Shown: positions 1 through 10,740, numbered from the stretch's first letter. The stretch is DNA of 64,000 bases from Thermoplasmata archaeon (GCA_020348445.1 CP070751.1:2181186-2245185); one strand, 5' to 3'. The notes: generated by a model from the letters alone, not told the origin. A program made the numbers and translations.

Positions 1-2
1 AG

Positions 3-704
3 GGCCAGATAGGATACATGATACAACAGACTCTGCTGAATGAGCTCAAAAAAATTGGGATCAAGGCAAGGGTTACATCCCTTATCACCCAGGTCGTGGT
101 GGACCCAAACGATGATGCTTTTGAGAATCCAACAAAACCAATAGGCCCCTACTATCCAGAAAGCGAGGCTGAGCGATTGGCTAGAAAAAAAGGATGGACC
201 ATGATGGAGGATGTGGCTAGACAGGGATTTAGGAGGGTGGTCCCTTCCCCAGAGCCCAAAGAAATTGTCGAGTGCGAGACAATAAAGAGACTGGTTCAGG
301 GAGAAGATGATAGAAACATAATAATTGCCGCAGGTGGAGGCGGTGTTCCCGTTATTAAAACAGAACAGGGATTAATAGGTGCCGAGGCAGTTGTTGATAA
401 GGATTTTGCATCTTCAGTGTTGGCAACCAGTATCAACGCCGATATGCTTATCATGCTAACAGATGTTCCGTGCGTGGCAATTAATTTTGGAAAGTCCCAG
501 CAGGAATATCTGAGCCATATGACAGTTGCAGAAGCTACAAAGTACCTGAAAGAAGGGCATTTTCCTCCTGGTAGTATGGGCCCAAAGATAGTGTCTGCCA
601 TCAATTTTCTGGAAAACGGTGGTAATGAGGTAATTATAACAACACCAGAGAACCTGGAAGAGGCGATGGATCAAAAGAAGGGAACGAGAATGGTTCTTGG
701 CTGA
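3..704 (+). CDS. arcC: Carbamate kinase, 5'-truncated by the window edge
   Basis: Frame is open to the window start (GQIGYMIQQ). Motifs PTKPIGP, GFRRVVPSP, AVVDKD and GSMGPK are typical of carbamate kinase. Confidence 0.93.
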   Translation, partial: GQIGYMIQQTLLNELKKIGIKARVTSLITQVVVDPNDDAFENPTKPIGPYYPESEAERLARKKGWTMMEDVARQGFRRVVPSPEPKEIVECETIKRLVQGEDDRNIIIAAGGGGVPVIKTEQGLIGAEAVVDKDFASSVLATSINADMLIMLTDVPCVAINFGKSQQEYLSHMTVAEATKYLKEGHFPPGSMGPKIVSAINFLENGGNEVIITTPENLEEAMDQKKGTRMVLG

Positions 705-708
705 TAGT

Positions 709-1809
709 ATGGTTACAATTGAGGATCAGATCAAGGAAATCGAGGAGGAGATCAGAGACACTCCCTACAACAAGTCAACCCAGCATCATATAGGAAAACT
801 GAAGGCAAAGCTCGCCAAACTCCAGGATGAGCTGGACAAACGTAAGGCCAAGAAAGGCGAGGCAAAGGGTTACGCAGTCAAAAAATCCGGTCATGCCACC
901 GTGGCCCTTGTTGGATTGCCCAGCGTGGGTAAAAGTACACTTTTAAATCTCTTAACCAACGCTGAGAGTGAGGTGGCATCTTATTTTTTCACCACCCTGG
1001 AGGTGATTCCAGGTGTGATGAGTTACAAGGGAGCAAAGATCCAAATTCTGGATTTACCTGGCCTTGTGGAAGGTGCATCTAAGGGCAAGGGAAGAGGAAG
1101 GGAAGTTCTTTCGGTTGTAAGATCCGCGGATCTTATTCTTTTAATGGTTGATGTTTTCGCCTGCGATGTTAATCTTCTTGTGGAGGAGCTTAGAAAGGGA
1201 GGTATTAGACTGAACAAACATCCTCCTGATATAACAATAAAAAGAAAGGACAAAGGTGGTGTTTCCATCAGCTCCACAGTTAAGCTCACCAAATTGGACA
1301 AAGAAACCATAGCCGCAATTTTCAGAGAATACGGTTACATAAATGCGGATATCCTATTAAGAGAGGATATAAGCGAGGACAGGTTAATCGACTCCATGGC
1401 AGGAAACAGGGTCTACACTTCGGCCTTAGTTGTATTGAACAAGATAGATCTGGTATCAAAAAAGGAACTGGAAGGAATAAAGAAGACTATGGGAGATATG
1501 CCCATATCCATCATATCTGCCAAGGATGGCGTAGGTCTGGACGCACTAAGAAAGAACATATACGAGATGTTGGATTTTATAAGAATCTACATGAAGCCAC
1601 AGAGAAAGAAGGTGGATTTGAATGAGCCTTTGGTGATCAAGAGGAAGTCCTCGGTGGGGGATGTATGTGATATTATACATAGAACATTTCGCAAGCGCTT
1701 TAGGTATGCGAACATCTGGGGCAAAAGTGCAAAATTCCCTGGACAAACCGTGGGTATGAGGCATATTCTTAAAGATGGTGATGTTATCACTATTGTGGTT
1801 ACAAAGTAA
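709..1809 (+). CDS. DRG/OBG-family GTP-binding protein with C-terminal TGS domain
   Basis: N-terminal TPYNKSTQHHIGKLKAKLA, G1 GLPSVGKS, G3 DLPG, G4 NKID and a TGS-like C-terminus. ATG at 709 preferred over TTG at 697. Confidence 0.93.
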   Translation: MVTIEDQIKEIEEEIRDTPYNKSTQHHIGKLKAKLAKLQDELDKRKAKKGEAKGYAVKKSGHATVALVGLPSVGKSTLLNLLTNAESEVASYFFTTLEVIPGVMSYKGAKIQILDLPGLVEGASKGKGRGREVLSVVRSADLILLMVDVFACDVNLLVEELRKGGIRLNKHPPDITIKRKDKGGVSISSTVKLTKLDKETIAAIFREYGYINADILLREDISEDRLIDSMAGNRVYTSALVVLNKIDLVSKKELEGIKKTMGDMPISIISAKDGVGLDALRKNIYEMLDFIRIYMKPQRKKVDLNEPLVIKRKSSVGDVCDIIHRTFRKRFRYANIWGKSAKFPGQTVGMRHILKDGDVITIVVTK

Positions 1810-1959
1810 TGAACCATAAGATGGAAAGGAGAAAACGGATGTTGAGCATAAGGGGGAATAAAACGGGTATTATCCTGCAAAATCGCAATCTCAGATTCTC
1901 GACATTTATAAATAGCATTACTCATATACATTTATAAACTATGCTAAGGGGGAAATTAA

Positions 1960-4900
1960 TTGTTCGTAAGAAGAATCATATCCCTTGTATTATTAATAAC
2001 AATGCTTTTTAGCCCGACCACTGCTTTTATGGGGGAACTTCTTCTGGATGAATCAAAGAACCTTACTATTACCGATAATAATCCCCCAGATCAGGGAGAA
2101 ATTGTTGATTTAAGAGGAACTCGTGCCGAGAGCAACAACATCAATATGGTAAGCAAGATGCTGTTTGGACCTTCAACTGATGTACATGTCGTGGGAAATT
2201 ATGCTTACGTGACTGCGGGATGCAGCCTTCTGATTTTCGATGTTACAGATCCAGGTGATCCAACCCTTGAGGGATTCTATGATGCCGATTCTGCGATAAA
2301 CGGGATTTTTGTGGAGGGTAATTACGCCTATCTTGCTAACAGCTATTCAGGATTGAACATTGTGGATCTGAATGATCCTTCTTCACCTACCAGTGTTAAA
2401 ACTGTTTTCATCTATGGATCAGCTATTGATGTGTATCTCTCAGGAACTTATGCTTATGTGGCCCAAAGTTATATAATCAGCGGCTTTCGTGGGATTTCGG
2501 TTGTGAATGTACAAATTCCCCAAACAGCGGAAGTGGTGGGTACTTACGAATCAGATGGCACCCCTTACTGTTTAATGGTTTCGGGGGACTATGCATACGT
2601 GGCAAGTGAAGGTGAGGGTTTTCTGATATTGGATGTTTCCAATCCCACCGTGGATCCCACCTTTGTAGGATTGAACGATACCTATTCTGATCCCATGACA
2701 CCCTATACAAGAGATGTTTTTGTCCGGGAACCATATGCTTTTGTTGTTGATTACTTCAATGATTTTCATGTATTTAATATCACAGATCCATCTGATCCTC
2801 TAGGAGTGGCATTTGTTGAAACTGACGGCGATCCCATGGAACTAACACTGAACGGAGATTATGCATACATCGCAGATGGAGATGCGGGCCTTACTATAAT
2901 CGATATTTCGGTTCCAACCACCCCCGGCCCACCGATAAATCACGGTACACTTGACAGTGCATTTTCCATCTTTGTCGAGGGAACCTTCGCATATCTCGCA
3001 ATCTGGGGCTATGGATTGCAAATTGTGGATGTCTCAGGTTCCCCACCAGTACCAACCGACGAGGGAGGATGGATCACAGGTTATTATAGTGAGGATATTC
3101 ATGTGGTAGGGAATTACGCGTATATCGCTGATGAAGAAGGGGGATTGAAGATCCTAGATGTGAGTGATCCCAGTTATCCCGTTCTTCTGGGATTCCATGA
3201 AACAGGGGGTTGGTCATCTGCGGTTTTCGTTGAGGGTGACTACGCTTATCTGGCCGAAGGCTGGGACGGAATCACCGTGGTGGATGTTAACAATCCTACT
3301 TCCCCAACCTTTGCCTGGAGCTTCAACATACCCTTTGGAAATGCGGAAGGGATATTTGTTTTGGGTTCCTATGCCTATGCTGCCTATTATGATGATGGAC
3401 TAAGGATAATAAATATAAACACACAGGAGGAGGTGGGAGATGTTCCCGCCCACCATTACTCTTACAGTGTCCATGTGATCGATTATGGTGATTTTGTGTT
3501 CGCTTACGTGGGGGACAGCAGGGGACTTATAATAGCAAATGTTACAGACCCTGATAATCCTAGTGAAGAAGGATTTTTAGAGCTAACAACAAGTGGCTAT
3601 GTGGATATCTACGTTACAGGTTCATATGCCTATCTTGCGGATTCAGATGGAGGTTTGACCATAGTTGATATCACCAATTCCTCTAATCCTACCCTTGTAG
3701 ATACGTACGATCTATCTCTATCAAGAGGTGTTTATGCAAAAGGCACAACAGTTTATGTGACAAATTCGGATAGATTGGTTGCAGTGGACTCCTTAACACT
3801 TACGGAACTTGGATACTTCGAGCCAGGCTGCAATCCTGTCAAGGTGCAGGTTGTGGGGCAGTATGCCTATGTTGCAGCCATGCAGGGTGGATCATACATA
3901 TTGGATATCAGCCAGGTAATGGATACAACTCCGCCTCAAGTGGAATCTACACTACCTGAATCAGGTACAATCGATGTGTCAAGAGAAACTGATATCGAGA
4001 TAACATTTAACGAGAACTTGGATCATGGTTCTTCAGAGGACGCCTTTTTTATCTCGCCCACTGTAAACGGAGAATTTAACTGGAATGGAAACACATTGAT
4101 TTTTACACCTGAAATGGAGCTTGACCCAGAGACGGATTATACTGTAACAATCGAAGCAACCGCCATGGACACTGCAGACAACACATTGGATGGTAACAAA
4201 AATGGTAATGAGGAGGGCTCACCAACGGATGATGCATCTTTTGGATTCACAACAAGTGCTATACCTCCGACAGTTGAGACTGTATTTCCTGATGATGGCT
4301 CAACCTCGGTCATAATAAACACGCACATGAACATTACCTTCAGTAAGCCCATGGATCAGACATCAACACGAAATGCCTTCAGTTACTCAGACGGTGTATC
4401 TACATGGACCGCCACAAGCGGTGATATCACCTGGAGCGATGGGGATAGAACCATGATCTTTACGCCCGACAACTTATTAGAAAACGATAAGATGTTCAAC
4501 GTCACAGTTGCATCCACTGCCCAGGACACAGGGGGTACGCCCTTGGACGGAGATGGCGATGGAATCGGAGGAGAAGAAGGTGAAGACGATTATACCTGGT
4601 CCTTTACAACAGCTAAACCTCCACCGCAGATTCTATCAACTCAACCGAAGGATGGAGCCCTCAATCAACCTGTGGACATTACAATCATCATTAACTTCTC
4701 AAAGACCATGAACAGGATGTCAGTTGAAGATGCTTTCAATTATACGAATGGTCTCACCGTCTGGGACGCTGGGGATGGGATCGTCAGCTGGAGCGACAAC
4801 GATAAAAAGTTTTCTTTTATTGCTTCATCTGCGTTCGGATGGGGTATGAAATATGAGGTAGGGATTGCACACACTGCCATGGATATAACCGGTATCTTTT

Positions 4901-6705
4901 TGGATGGAGATGAGGATCTGATCCCAGGAGAGGTTGGCCAAGATGATTATTCATTCTCGTTTACGACCATTCCCTTACCTCCTAGGATTTTTTCCACATC
5001 ACCAGGACACGGCTCCTCAAATATCATGCCAAATACAGAGATCATAATAGACTTCAGCACGAGCATGGACAGAACTTCAACTCGTAATGCGTTCAGCTAC
5101 ACTGATGGCTTTACAACGTTCAAATCTTCAAGTGGCCAGATTTCGTGGAGCAACGGTGATAGAACCATGACCTTTGAATCTGCAACCGAATTCGCCTATG
5201 AGCAAACTTATATTTTCACGATAGCACACACGGCAACAGATTCTGAGGGTGCACCTTTAGATGGAGATTATGATGGCGTCGGAGGTGAAGGAGTGCAGGA
5301 TGATTATTCCTGGAGCTTCACCACAATACCCACTCCACCTAAGGTGTTATCAGTCACCCCAGGATTCGGTGCCAATAAGGTCGAGGCTGATACTGACATA
5401 GTGATCAGGTTTTCTAAATCCATGGATCATTCATCAGTTGAGGGGGCTTTCAGCTATGAATACCCTGGCCTTCTTTGGCCTTATGATATAGATGATGGTA
5501 ATGTATCGTGGAGTTCAGACTCAAGGACCATGACCTTTGAGCCAGATGAACAATTAGATTATGAAACAGTATATACAGTGATTATAGATTCCTCGGCAAA
5601 GGATGAGGACGGAATAACCCTAGATGGCAATCGCAATGGATTGCCAGAGGCAGACGATGACTATTCGTGGACCTTTACCACGATCAAGGAACCGCCAAAG
5701 CTTGTATCTGTTGAACCTGATGAGGACGCAGAAGATGTGGCTGTTGATGCAGATATCGTGATAACTTTTAACAGATCCATGGACAAGGATGCAACCGAGA
5801 GTGCCTTTAGCTATACATACGAGGGCTCTGATGAAGTTTATGAAATCAGGACAGGAACCCCTGAGTGGACTGATAGCGATAAAACATTAACATTCACCCC
5901 TGATGCGGATTTTGCAGAAGGGGTGACCTATACCATAACCATCGATGACTCCGCAAAGGACGCCGAGGGCGTTATTTTCGAGGGCTTTGAATGGGAATTC
6001 ACCACAAAGGTCAACTCACCCCCGGTTTTGAAGACGGGAGGTGTTAATCCCGATAGCGGAGATGCCAGTGAGCCTTACACGTTCAGCGTGGTTTATAGCG
6101 ACGCAGATGACGACGAACCCAGATTTGTAAAAGTGGTGATAGACGGAGCTGCTTGGAAGATGCAGGAGAGCGATACCTCCACAGGTGACTTTATAGAGGG
6201 CAAAGTGTACGAATTGGAAATTGAACTGGATGCAGGTGATCACACCTACTATTTCGAGGCCGAAAATGAGCAGCATGTTGTTCGCCTTCCCTCAGGAGAG
6301 AGTGTAAGGTCATTGAATGTAACTGGTAAAGAAAAAGAGCTCATTATGGGTATTTTCGAGGAGGAATACTCTGGTATACCAACCATGGTCTGCGGTGCCT
6401 TGGGCATTATAATCCTTATTGCGATAATCATCAGCGTTATTTTAATTACAAAAAGACGCAGGGCAGGCAGAGCCGGAGAAGCTGGCGAGGAGATGATGAC
6501 CTTCGAGACCTTCGATGCGGAAGGCGGAGAGACCATGACATTCTTGCCAGAAGACGAGGAAGACCTCATGTCCTTTACAGCCTTTGAGGAGGAAGAACCT
6601 GTCATAATACAGTGCCCCGAATGTAATCAGCATTTGAAAGTGACCCCTTCTGTGCGCCCCTTCATGTTCCCATGCAAGTGCGGGGCCAAGTTGATGTTGA
6701 AGTGA
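1960..6705 (+). CDS. Large membrane-anchored surface protein: LVIVD repeats, six Ig-like (Big_5/SbsA-type) domains, TM helix, cytoplasmic acidic tail with zinc ribbon
   Basis: TTG start after GGGGGA and a signal peptide. More than a dozen YAYVA..GL.IVDV repeats, then six PP.V....P..G...V......I.F...MD repeats, a hydrophobic helix followed by KRRR, and a CPEC...CKC tail. Confidence 0.85.
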   Translation: MFVRRIISLVLLITMLFSPTTAFMGELLLDESKNLTITDNNPPDQGEIVDLRGTRAESNNINMVSKMLFGPSTDVHVVGNYAYVTAGCSLLIFDVTDPGDPTLEGFYDADSAINGIFVEGNYAYLANSYSGLNIVDLNDPSSPTSVKTVFIYGSAIDVYLSGTYAYVAQSYIISGFRGISVVNVQIPQTAEVVGTYESDGTPYCLMVSGDYAYVASEGEGFLILDVSNPTVDPTFVGLNDTYSDPMTPYTRDVFVREPYAFVVDYFNDFHVFNITDPSDPLGVAFVETDGDPMELTLNGDYAYIADGDAGLTIIDISVPTTPGPPINHGTLDSAFSIFVEGTFAYLAIWGYGLQIVDVSGSPPVPTDEGGWITGYYSEDIHVVGNYAYIADEEGGLKILDVSDPSYPVLLGFHETGGWSSAVFVEGDYAYLAEGWDGITVVDVNNPTSPTFAWSFNIPFGNAEGIFVLGSYAYAAYYDDGLRIININTQEEVGDVPAHHYSYSVHVIDYGDFVFAYVGDSRGLIIANVTDPDNPSEEGFLELTTSGYVDIYVTGSYAYLADSDGGLTIVDITNSSNPTLVDTYDLSLSRGVYAKGTTVYVTNSDRLVAVDSLTLTELGYFEPGCNPVKVQVVGQYAYVAAMQGGSYILDISQVMDTTPPQVESTLPESGTIDVSRETDIEITFNENLDHGSSEDAFFISPTVNGEFNWNGNTLIFTPEMELDPETDYTVTIEATAMDTADNTLDGNKNGNEEGSPTDDASFGFTTSAIPPTVETVFPDDGSTSVIINTHMNITFSKPMDQTSTRNAFSYSDGVSTWTATSGDITWSDGDRTMIFTPDNLLENDKMFNVTVASTAQDTGGTPLDGDGDGIGGEEGEDDYTWSFTTAKPPPQILSTQPKDGALNQPVDITIIINFSKTMNRMSVEDAFNYTNGLTVWDAGDGIVSWSDNDKKFSFIASSAFGWGMKYEVGIAHTAMDITGIFLDGDEDLIPGEVGQDDYSFSFTTIPLPPRIFSTSPGHGSSNIMPNTEIIIDFSTSMDRTSTRNAFSYTDGFTTFKSSSGQISWSNGDRTMTFESATEFAYEQTYIFTIAHTATDSEGAPLDGDYDGVGGEGVQDDYSWSFTTIPTPPKVLSVTPGFGANKVEADTDIVIRFSKSMDHSSVEGAFSYEYPGLLWPYDIDDGNVSWSSDSRTMTFEPDEQLDYETVYTVIIDSSAKDEDGITLDGNRNGLPEADDDYSWTFTTIKEPPKLVSVEPDEDAEDVAVDADIVITFNRSMDKDATESAFSYTYEGSDEVYEIRTGTPEWTDSDKTLTFTPDADFAEGVTYTITIDDSAKDAEGVIFEGFEWEFTTKVNSPPVLKTGGVNPDSGDASEPYTFSVVYSDADDDEPRFVKVVIDGAAWKMQESDTSTGDFIEGKVYELEIELDAGDHTYYFEAENEQHVVRLPSGESVRSLNVTGKEKELIMGIFEEEYSGIPTMVCGALGIIILIAIIISVILITKRRRAGRAGEAGEEMMTFETFDAEGGETMTFLPEDEEDLMSFTAFEEEEPVIIQCPECNQHLKVTPSVRPFMFPCKCGAKLMLK

Positions 6706-6874
6706 TTGTGAGATCTTTCATTTCATACATTTTAACCAAAAAATTCTTAAATCCTATAACATCATTATGGCCTTCCGATAGACCCAAAAGAAAGCAATGG
6801 TATTTCCAACTGTTGTATGGGAGAATCCATGGCAAATGATAAATTCGTAACCTAAGAATCAAAAGGTCGAGACA

Positions 6875-8278
6875 ATGGAGAAAAAAGAGAATTTCTCAGA
6901 ATGGTATGCCGAAGTCGTGGAGCTGGCCGGTTTAACTGATAAAAGGTATCCAGTCAAAGGACTGAATGTATGGACACCTTACGGCTGGAAGCTCATGCGA
7001 TTAATTGATGAAATAATCAGATGCGAAATGGAAAAAACGCAACATCAGGAGGTATGCTTTCCATTGCTCATCGCAGAGGATCAATTTGCCAAGGAGGCCG
7101 ATCATATCAGGGGTTTCGGCGATGAGGTGTATTGGGTTACGAAGGCGGGTGGCGAGGATCTGGATAAGAAACTTCTACTTCGCCCCACCTCGGAGACGGC
7201 AATGTATCCGATATTTAACCTCTGGGTGCGTTCCCATGCCGATTTACCTCTTAAGACATTCCAGCTCGTAAACACCTTCAGATACGATACAAAACAAACA
7301 AGGGCTTTTATCAGGGTCAGGGAAATCCATTTCTTCGAGGCTCATACCTGCCATATCGATTTTGAGGATGCTGAAGGACAGATAGAAGAGGATCTTAAAA
7401 TCATGGAAAGCCTGGCGAAAAAGCTTTGTATACCGTATCTTGTCTTAAAACGACCTGAGTGGGACAAGTTCCCAGGAGCTTTCTATTCCCTGGCTGCAGA
7501 TTCCCTGCTGCCCAGCGGAAAAACCATGCAAATAGGTACAATACATCAGTACAAGGAAAATTTTGCCAAACCCTACGAAATCACATACGAGGATGAAAAG
7601 GGGGAACATCGGTATGTGCATCAGACTACATACGGTATGAGCGAGAGGCTAGTAGGTGCCATCGTCGGGGTGCACGGCGATGATCTGGGACTGATAATAC
7701 CCCCGGATGTTGCACCATATCAAATCGTAATCGTCCCTATCCTGGCAAAGGGACTACAGGATAAAGTAACATTGGAGTGCGAAAAGTTAAAGGAAGAGCT
7801 TTTAAAGGCAGGATTCAGGGTTCACCTTGATTTACGTGATGTAAGGCCTGGTAGTAAATATTTTGACTGGGAGATAAGGGGCGTGCCCCTGCGCATAGAG
7901 CTGGGCCAAAGGGACATGGAAAAAGGTGTAGTGACCTTTGTAAGAAGGGATACAGGTCAGAAAAAGGAGATCGACAGGGCCAAATTAGTAGAACATGTAT
8001 CAGAAACTCTCAGAGAAATTGCCGAAAATCTTTTGGATATGGCTTCCAAATTTCTTTTAGAAAACACCAAATCCGCGGCCTCACTGGAAGATATAAAAGG
8101 TAAAGCCGGTATCTTCAAGGTAGGATGGTGCGAGGGTGAGGGATGTGGCCTGGAAATGGAGGAAACCACAGACATGAAAGTTCTGGGAACACCGATGGAG
8201 AAGGAAGAATACAAAGGGGAATGTCTGGTGTGTAAAAAATCCACTGAGATCGTGGTTTACCTGGCAAAAACCTATTGA
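6875..8278 (+). CDS. proS: Prolyl-tRNA synthetase, archaeal/eukaryotic type
   Basis: LRPTSET, class II motif 2 (FIRVREIHFFEAH), QTTYGMSERL, anticodon-binding domain and C-terminal zinc site. Confidence 0.97.
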   Translation: MEKKENFSEWYAEVVELAGLTDKRYPVKGLNVWTPYGWKLMRLIDEIIRCEMEKTQHQEVCFPLLIAEDQFAKEADHIRGFGDEVYWVTKAGGEDLDKKLLLRPTSETAMYPIFNLWVRSHADLPLKTFQLVNTFRYDTKQTRAFIRVREIHFFEAHTCHIDFEDAEGQIEEDLKIMESLAKKLCIPYLVLKRPEWDKFPGAFYSLAADSLLPSGKTMQIGTIHQYKENFAKPYEITYEDEKGEHRYVHQTTYGMSERLVGAIVGVHGDDLGLIIPPDVAPYQIVIVPILAKGLQDKVTLECEKLKEELLKAGFRVHLDLRDVRPGSKYFDWEIRGVPLRIELGQRDMEKGVVTFVRRDTGQKKEIDRAKLVEHVSETLREIAENLLDMASKFLLENTKSAASLEDIKGKAGIFKVGWCEGEGCGLEMEETTDMKVLGTPMEKEEYKGECLVCKKSTEIVVYLAKTY

Positions 8279-8484
8279 TCTTCCTCTTCAATCTCTTTTC
8301 TTGTGTATAGGAATATGCCCACAAGTCCAAATCCTATAATGGGAGCTGAGATCGCATATAGGCCTATATCGGTCCAAGCATCATATGAAGCTGCCCAGTA
8401 TAAATAGAGGCCGAGGCCTGCTAATAATACCAAAAAGGAGAATATAAGCTTGAATTTCTGGGGTAGCTCTACTTCTTGCTCCAT
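8272..8484 (-). CDS. Small hypothetical membrane protein (2 TM helices)
   Basis: Two hydrophobic segments with acidic termini. ATG at 8484 chosen; convergent 7-bp overlap with proS. Confidence 0.65.
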   Translation of the reverse strand: MEQEVELPQKFKLIFSFLVLLAGLGLYLYWAASYDAWTDIGLYAISAPIIGFGLVGIFLYTRKEIEEEDQ

Positions 8485-8554
8485 ATAATCGAGTCGCAAA
8501 TATTGTACCACTATTAAAGGGTTTCTAAGAAAATTCCAATTTAAAAAGGTATTT

Positions 8555-8890
8555 TCAATCCATTTTTTTCTCCCTAAATTGTGGCATCCTCATGTAACTT
8601 CCGCAGTTCTCACAAAAAATCACGATTTTCTTGTACTTGATCCTTACCCTGCTGTTTACTGAGGGAACAAGGTAGGAATGGCAGAATTTGCAGTATCTTC
8701 TTTTGAAATGGCTGGGTACCCTGACATTATATCTCATTCCAATCTTTCTTGCTAGCTCAACGTACCTGTTCGCCCTTTGGAGGTTGTAGGCTCTGGCTTC
8801 CTTCTCCGCAAGATCAAACAAGATATCGATTCTCTCCTTTGCGATGTTCAACATACCCTTGGTTCTTCTGCCTCTTCTTCCCTGTGACAT
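8555..8890 (-). CDS. rnp4: Ribonuclease P protein component 4 (Rpp21)
   Basis: IAKERIDILF, RYVELARKIGMR, CKFC...CENC zinc ribbon. Confidence 0.93.
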   Translation of the reverse strand: MSQGRRGRRTKGMLNIAKERIDILFDLAEKEARAYNLQRANRYVELARKIGMRYNVRVPSHFKRRYCKFCHSYLVPSVNSRVRIKYKKIVIFCENCGSYMRMPQFREKKMD

Positions 8891-9001
8891 CGGTTGCCTA
8901 ATGGAATTTACATGTTAATACTTTGCTATGGTTTTATTTCCAAAAACATATGATGTTGCATGCATATTTTTTTATCATGGAACAACTATACCCATGGCTT
9001 G

Positions 9002-10090
9002 ATGCTAACGTCAAGAATAGGCAAAATATTCCAGGGTTGCGATGAAATAGATGCTGCAGTGTTCATCAACGGCGCAGAACCGCTTTTAGACATGGGCTTT
9101 TTCTACGTCACAGGACTTATGGAGGGACTGTTTGAGGGCGGCATGGCAATCATTTACCCCGACAGTTCAATAGAAGTGGTGACGTCTTTGTTGGAAGCAG
9201 AGAGCGCCAAAAAAGGGGATTTCGAGATAACCATATTCAAATCCAAGGCCGAGAGGAAAGAGATATTCAAGGACAAGCTCTCGAAATTCAAGAAGATAGG
9301 AATTAACTCCCAGGGATTGATTCACAAGAATTACCTGGAATTAAAGGAGCTTCTGCCTGAAATCGAATTTGTGGATGTCACAGAAGCTGTAAATTCGGCA
9401 AGGATGATCAAGGATGAAAAGGAAATGGAAATCCTGAAAAAAGCCTGCCAGATGGTATCAGAGGTTGCAGATGGCATAGTGGATTTCTTCAAGGAAGGAG
9501 TCAAAGAGTATGAAGTGGCTGCAGAACTCTCCTATATGATGCAGAAGTTAGGGGCCACAGGGCCCAGTTTCGATACCATATCCTCCTTTGGAAAGAACAC
9601 GGCAGAGCCCCATTATACTGCAGGGGATGTTGCATTAAAGCAGGGGGATTTCATTCTCCTGGATTTCGGCGCAAAATACAGGAGGTACTGCTCAGACATT
9701 ACAAGGACATATTTTTTAGGAGAGGCATCAGAGAAACAGAAGGGTATGTATACCACTGTATTGCAGGCTCAAAAGGTGGCATTGGACATGATCAAACCGG
9801 GTGTAAATGGAAAGGATGTTCACCAGGCTGTTGCTGATTTTATCGAAGGGACAAAATACAAGGGCCTTTTTACACATTCCACTGGTCACTCCATTGGACT
9901 TTCTGTACATGATGGTGTGGCACTTACAAAAGAAATTGATAACACCCTTGAAGAGAATATGGTTTTTACAGTGGAGCCTGGTATATACGAACCTGGCTAT
10001 GGGGGAGTGCGGATAGAGGATAACGTGCGGGTAACATCAGACGGCTGCGAGATTTTAACCACAGCTAAAAAGGAATTAATTGAGGTTTGA
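9002..10090 (+). CDS. Xaa-Pro peptidase, M24B family
   Basis: DFGAKYRRYCSDITRT, HSTGHSIGLSVHD, TVEPGIY and GVRIEDN metal-binding motifs. ATG at 9002 is the likely start. Confidence 0.92.
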   Translation: MLTSRIGKIFQGCDEIDAAVFINGAEPLLDMGFFYVTGLMEGLFEGGMAIIYPDSSIEVVTSLLEAESAKKGDFEITIFKSKAERKEIFKDKLSKFKKIGINSQGLIHKNYLELKELLPEIEFVDVTEAVNSARMIKDEKEMEILKKACQMVSEVADGIVDFFKEGVKEYEVAAELSYMMQKLGATGPSFDTISSFGKNTAEPHYTAGDVALKQGDFILLDFGAKYRRYCSDITRTYFLGEASEKQKGMYTTVLQAQKVALDMIKPGVNGKDVHQAVADFIEGTKYKGLFTHSTGHSIGLSVHDGVALTKEIDNTLEENMVFTVEPGIYEPGYGGVRIEDNVRVTSDGCEILTTAKKELIEV

Positions 10091-10104
10091 TAGATTTTTC
10101 ACAT

Positions 10105-10491
10105 TTAGATTTTTTTTACCCTAATTACCTCCCCATCCTTGACCTTTTTCAGAATCTTGGCATCCCCTATGATCTTGGCGAATAGGTTCACAGGACTATA
10201 GGCCTTTGGCTTTTCAGTATCTGAAACAGGTGTGGGGCCAAAGAATATGCACATGGCATTTCCCATGGGCCAGAATGCGATGTCTCCCACCTCCATCTCC
10301 TGCTGGGAATCTTCCTCTGATGCTGAGGCAGGGATGTTGAAGTATATCTCCTCTCCCCAGACATTAGCTGTGCCTTCGAAGGGAAGGGCCTTTAGGATGG
10401 TGTCCACAGTGTCGAGATTCTTATCTATAAATTCTGCCTGGATTTCTCCGATGCTTTCACTGCTGATTAGAAATTTTTCTGCCTCGCTCAT
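10105..10491 (-). CDS. Cyclophilin-like fold protein (TM1367/DUF369-like)
   Basis: WGEEIYF, GDIAFWPMGNAMCIFFGPTP and SPVN motifs typical of this archaeal family. Confidence 0.8.
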   Translation of the reverse strand: MSEAEKFLISSESIGEIQAEFIDKNLDTVDTILKALPFEGTANVWGEEIYFNIPASASEEDSQQEMEVGDIAFWPMGNAMCIFFGPTPVSDTEKPKAYSPVNLFAKIIGDAKILKKVKDGEVIRVKKI

Positions 10492-10725
10492 GATATCCTA
10501 AATCCATTCTGGGGTATTAATCGTTTCTACCTTTTTTTTATCATCCAAAATATTTGAGAATGATATCTCTTCCTTCCCCTACGCTTACCCCCACCATCGT
10601 GGCCTATTATGTATTCTAAATAGTAAATTCATAGACCACTTTGCCCTTCGGTTATGCTATAAAATAAATATATCTTAAGCCTCAGGACTCCCACCCTTTA
10701 ATTTAACTTGCGACATAGGATTCCT

Positions 10726-10740
10726 AAAAACATTATATAT
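10726..10740 (+). promoter_or_regulatory. Putative BRE/TATA promoter of the tRNA gene
   Basis: AAAAAC followed by ATTATATAT, ending 31 nt upstream of tRNA base G1. Confidence 0.55.

Noticed and set aside
7181-7193. 13-bp match (CGCCCCACCTCGG) between proS and the 27-bp leader element
   Set aside because: It encodes the conserved RPTSE motif of ProRS, so it is explained by protein constraint. A single 13-mer match is compatible with chance.
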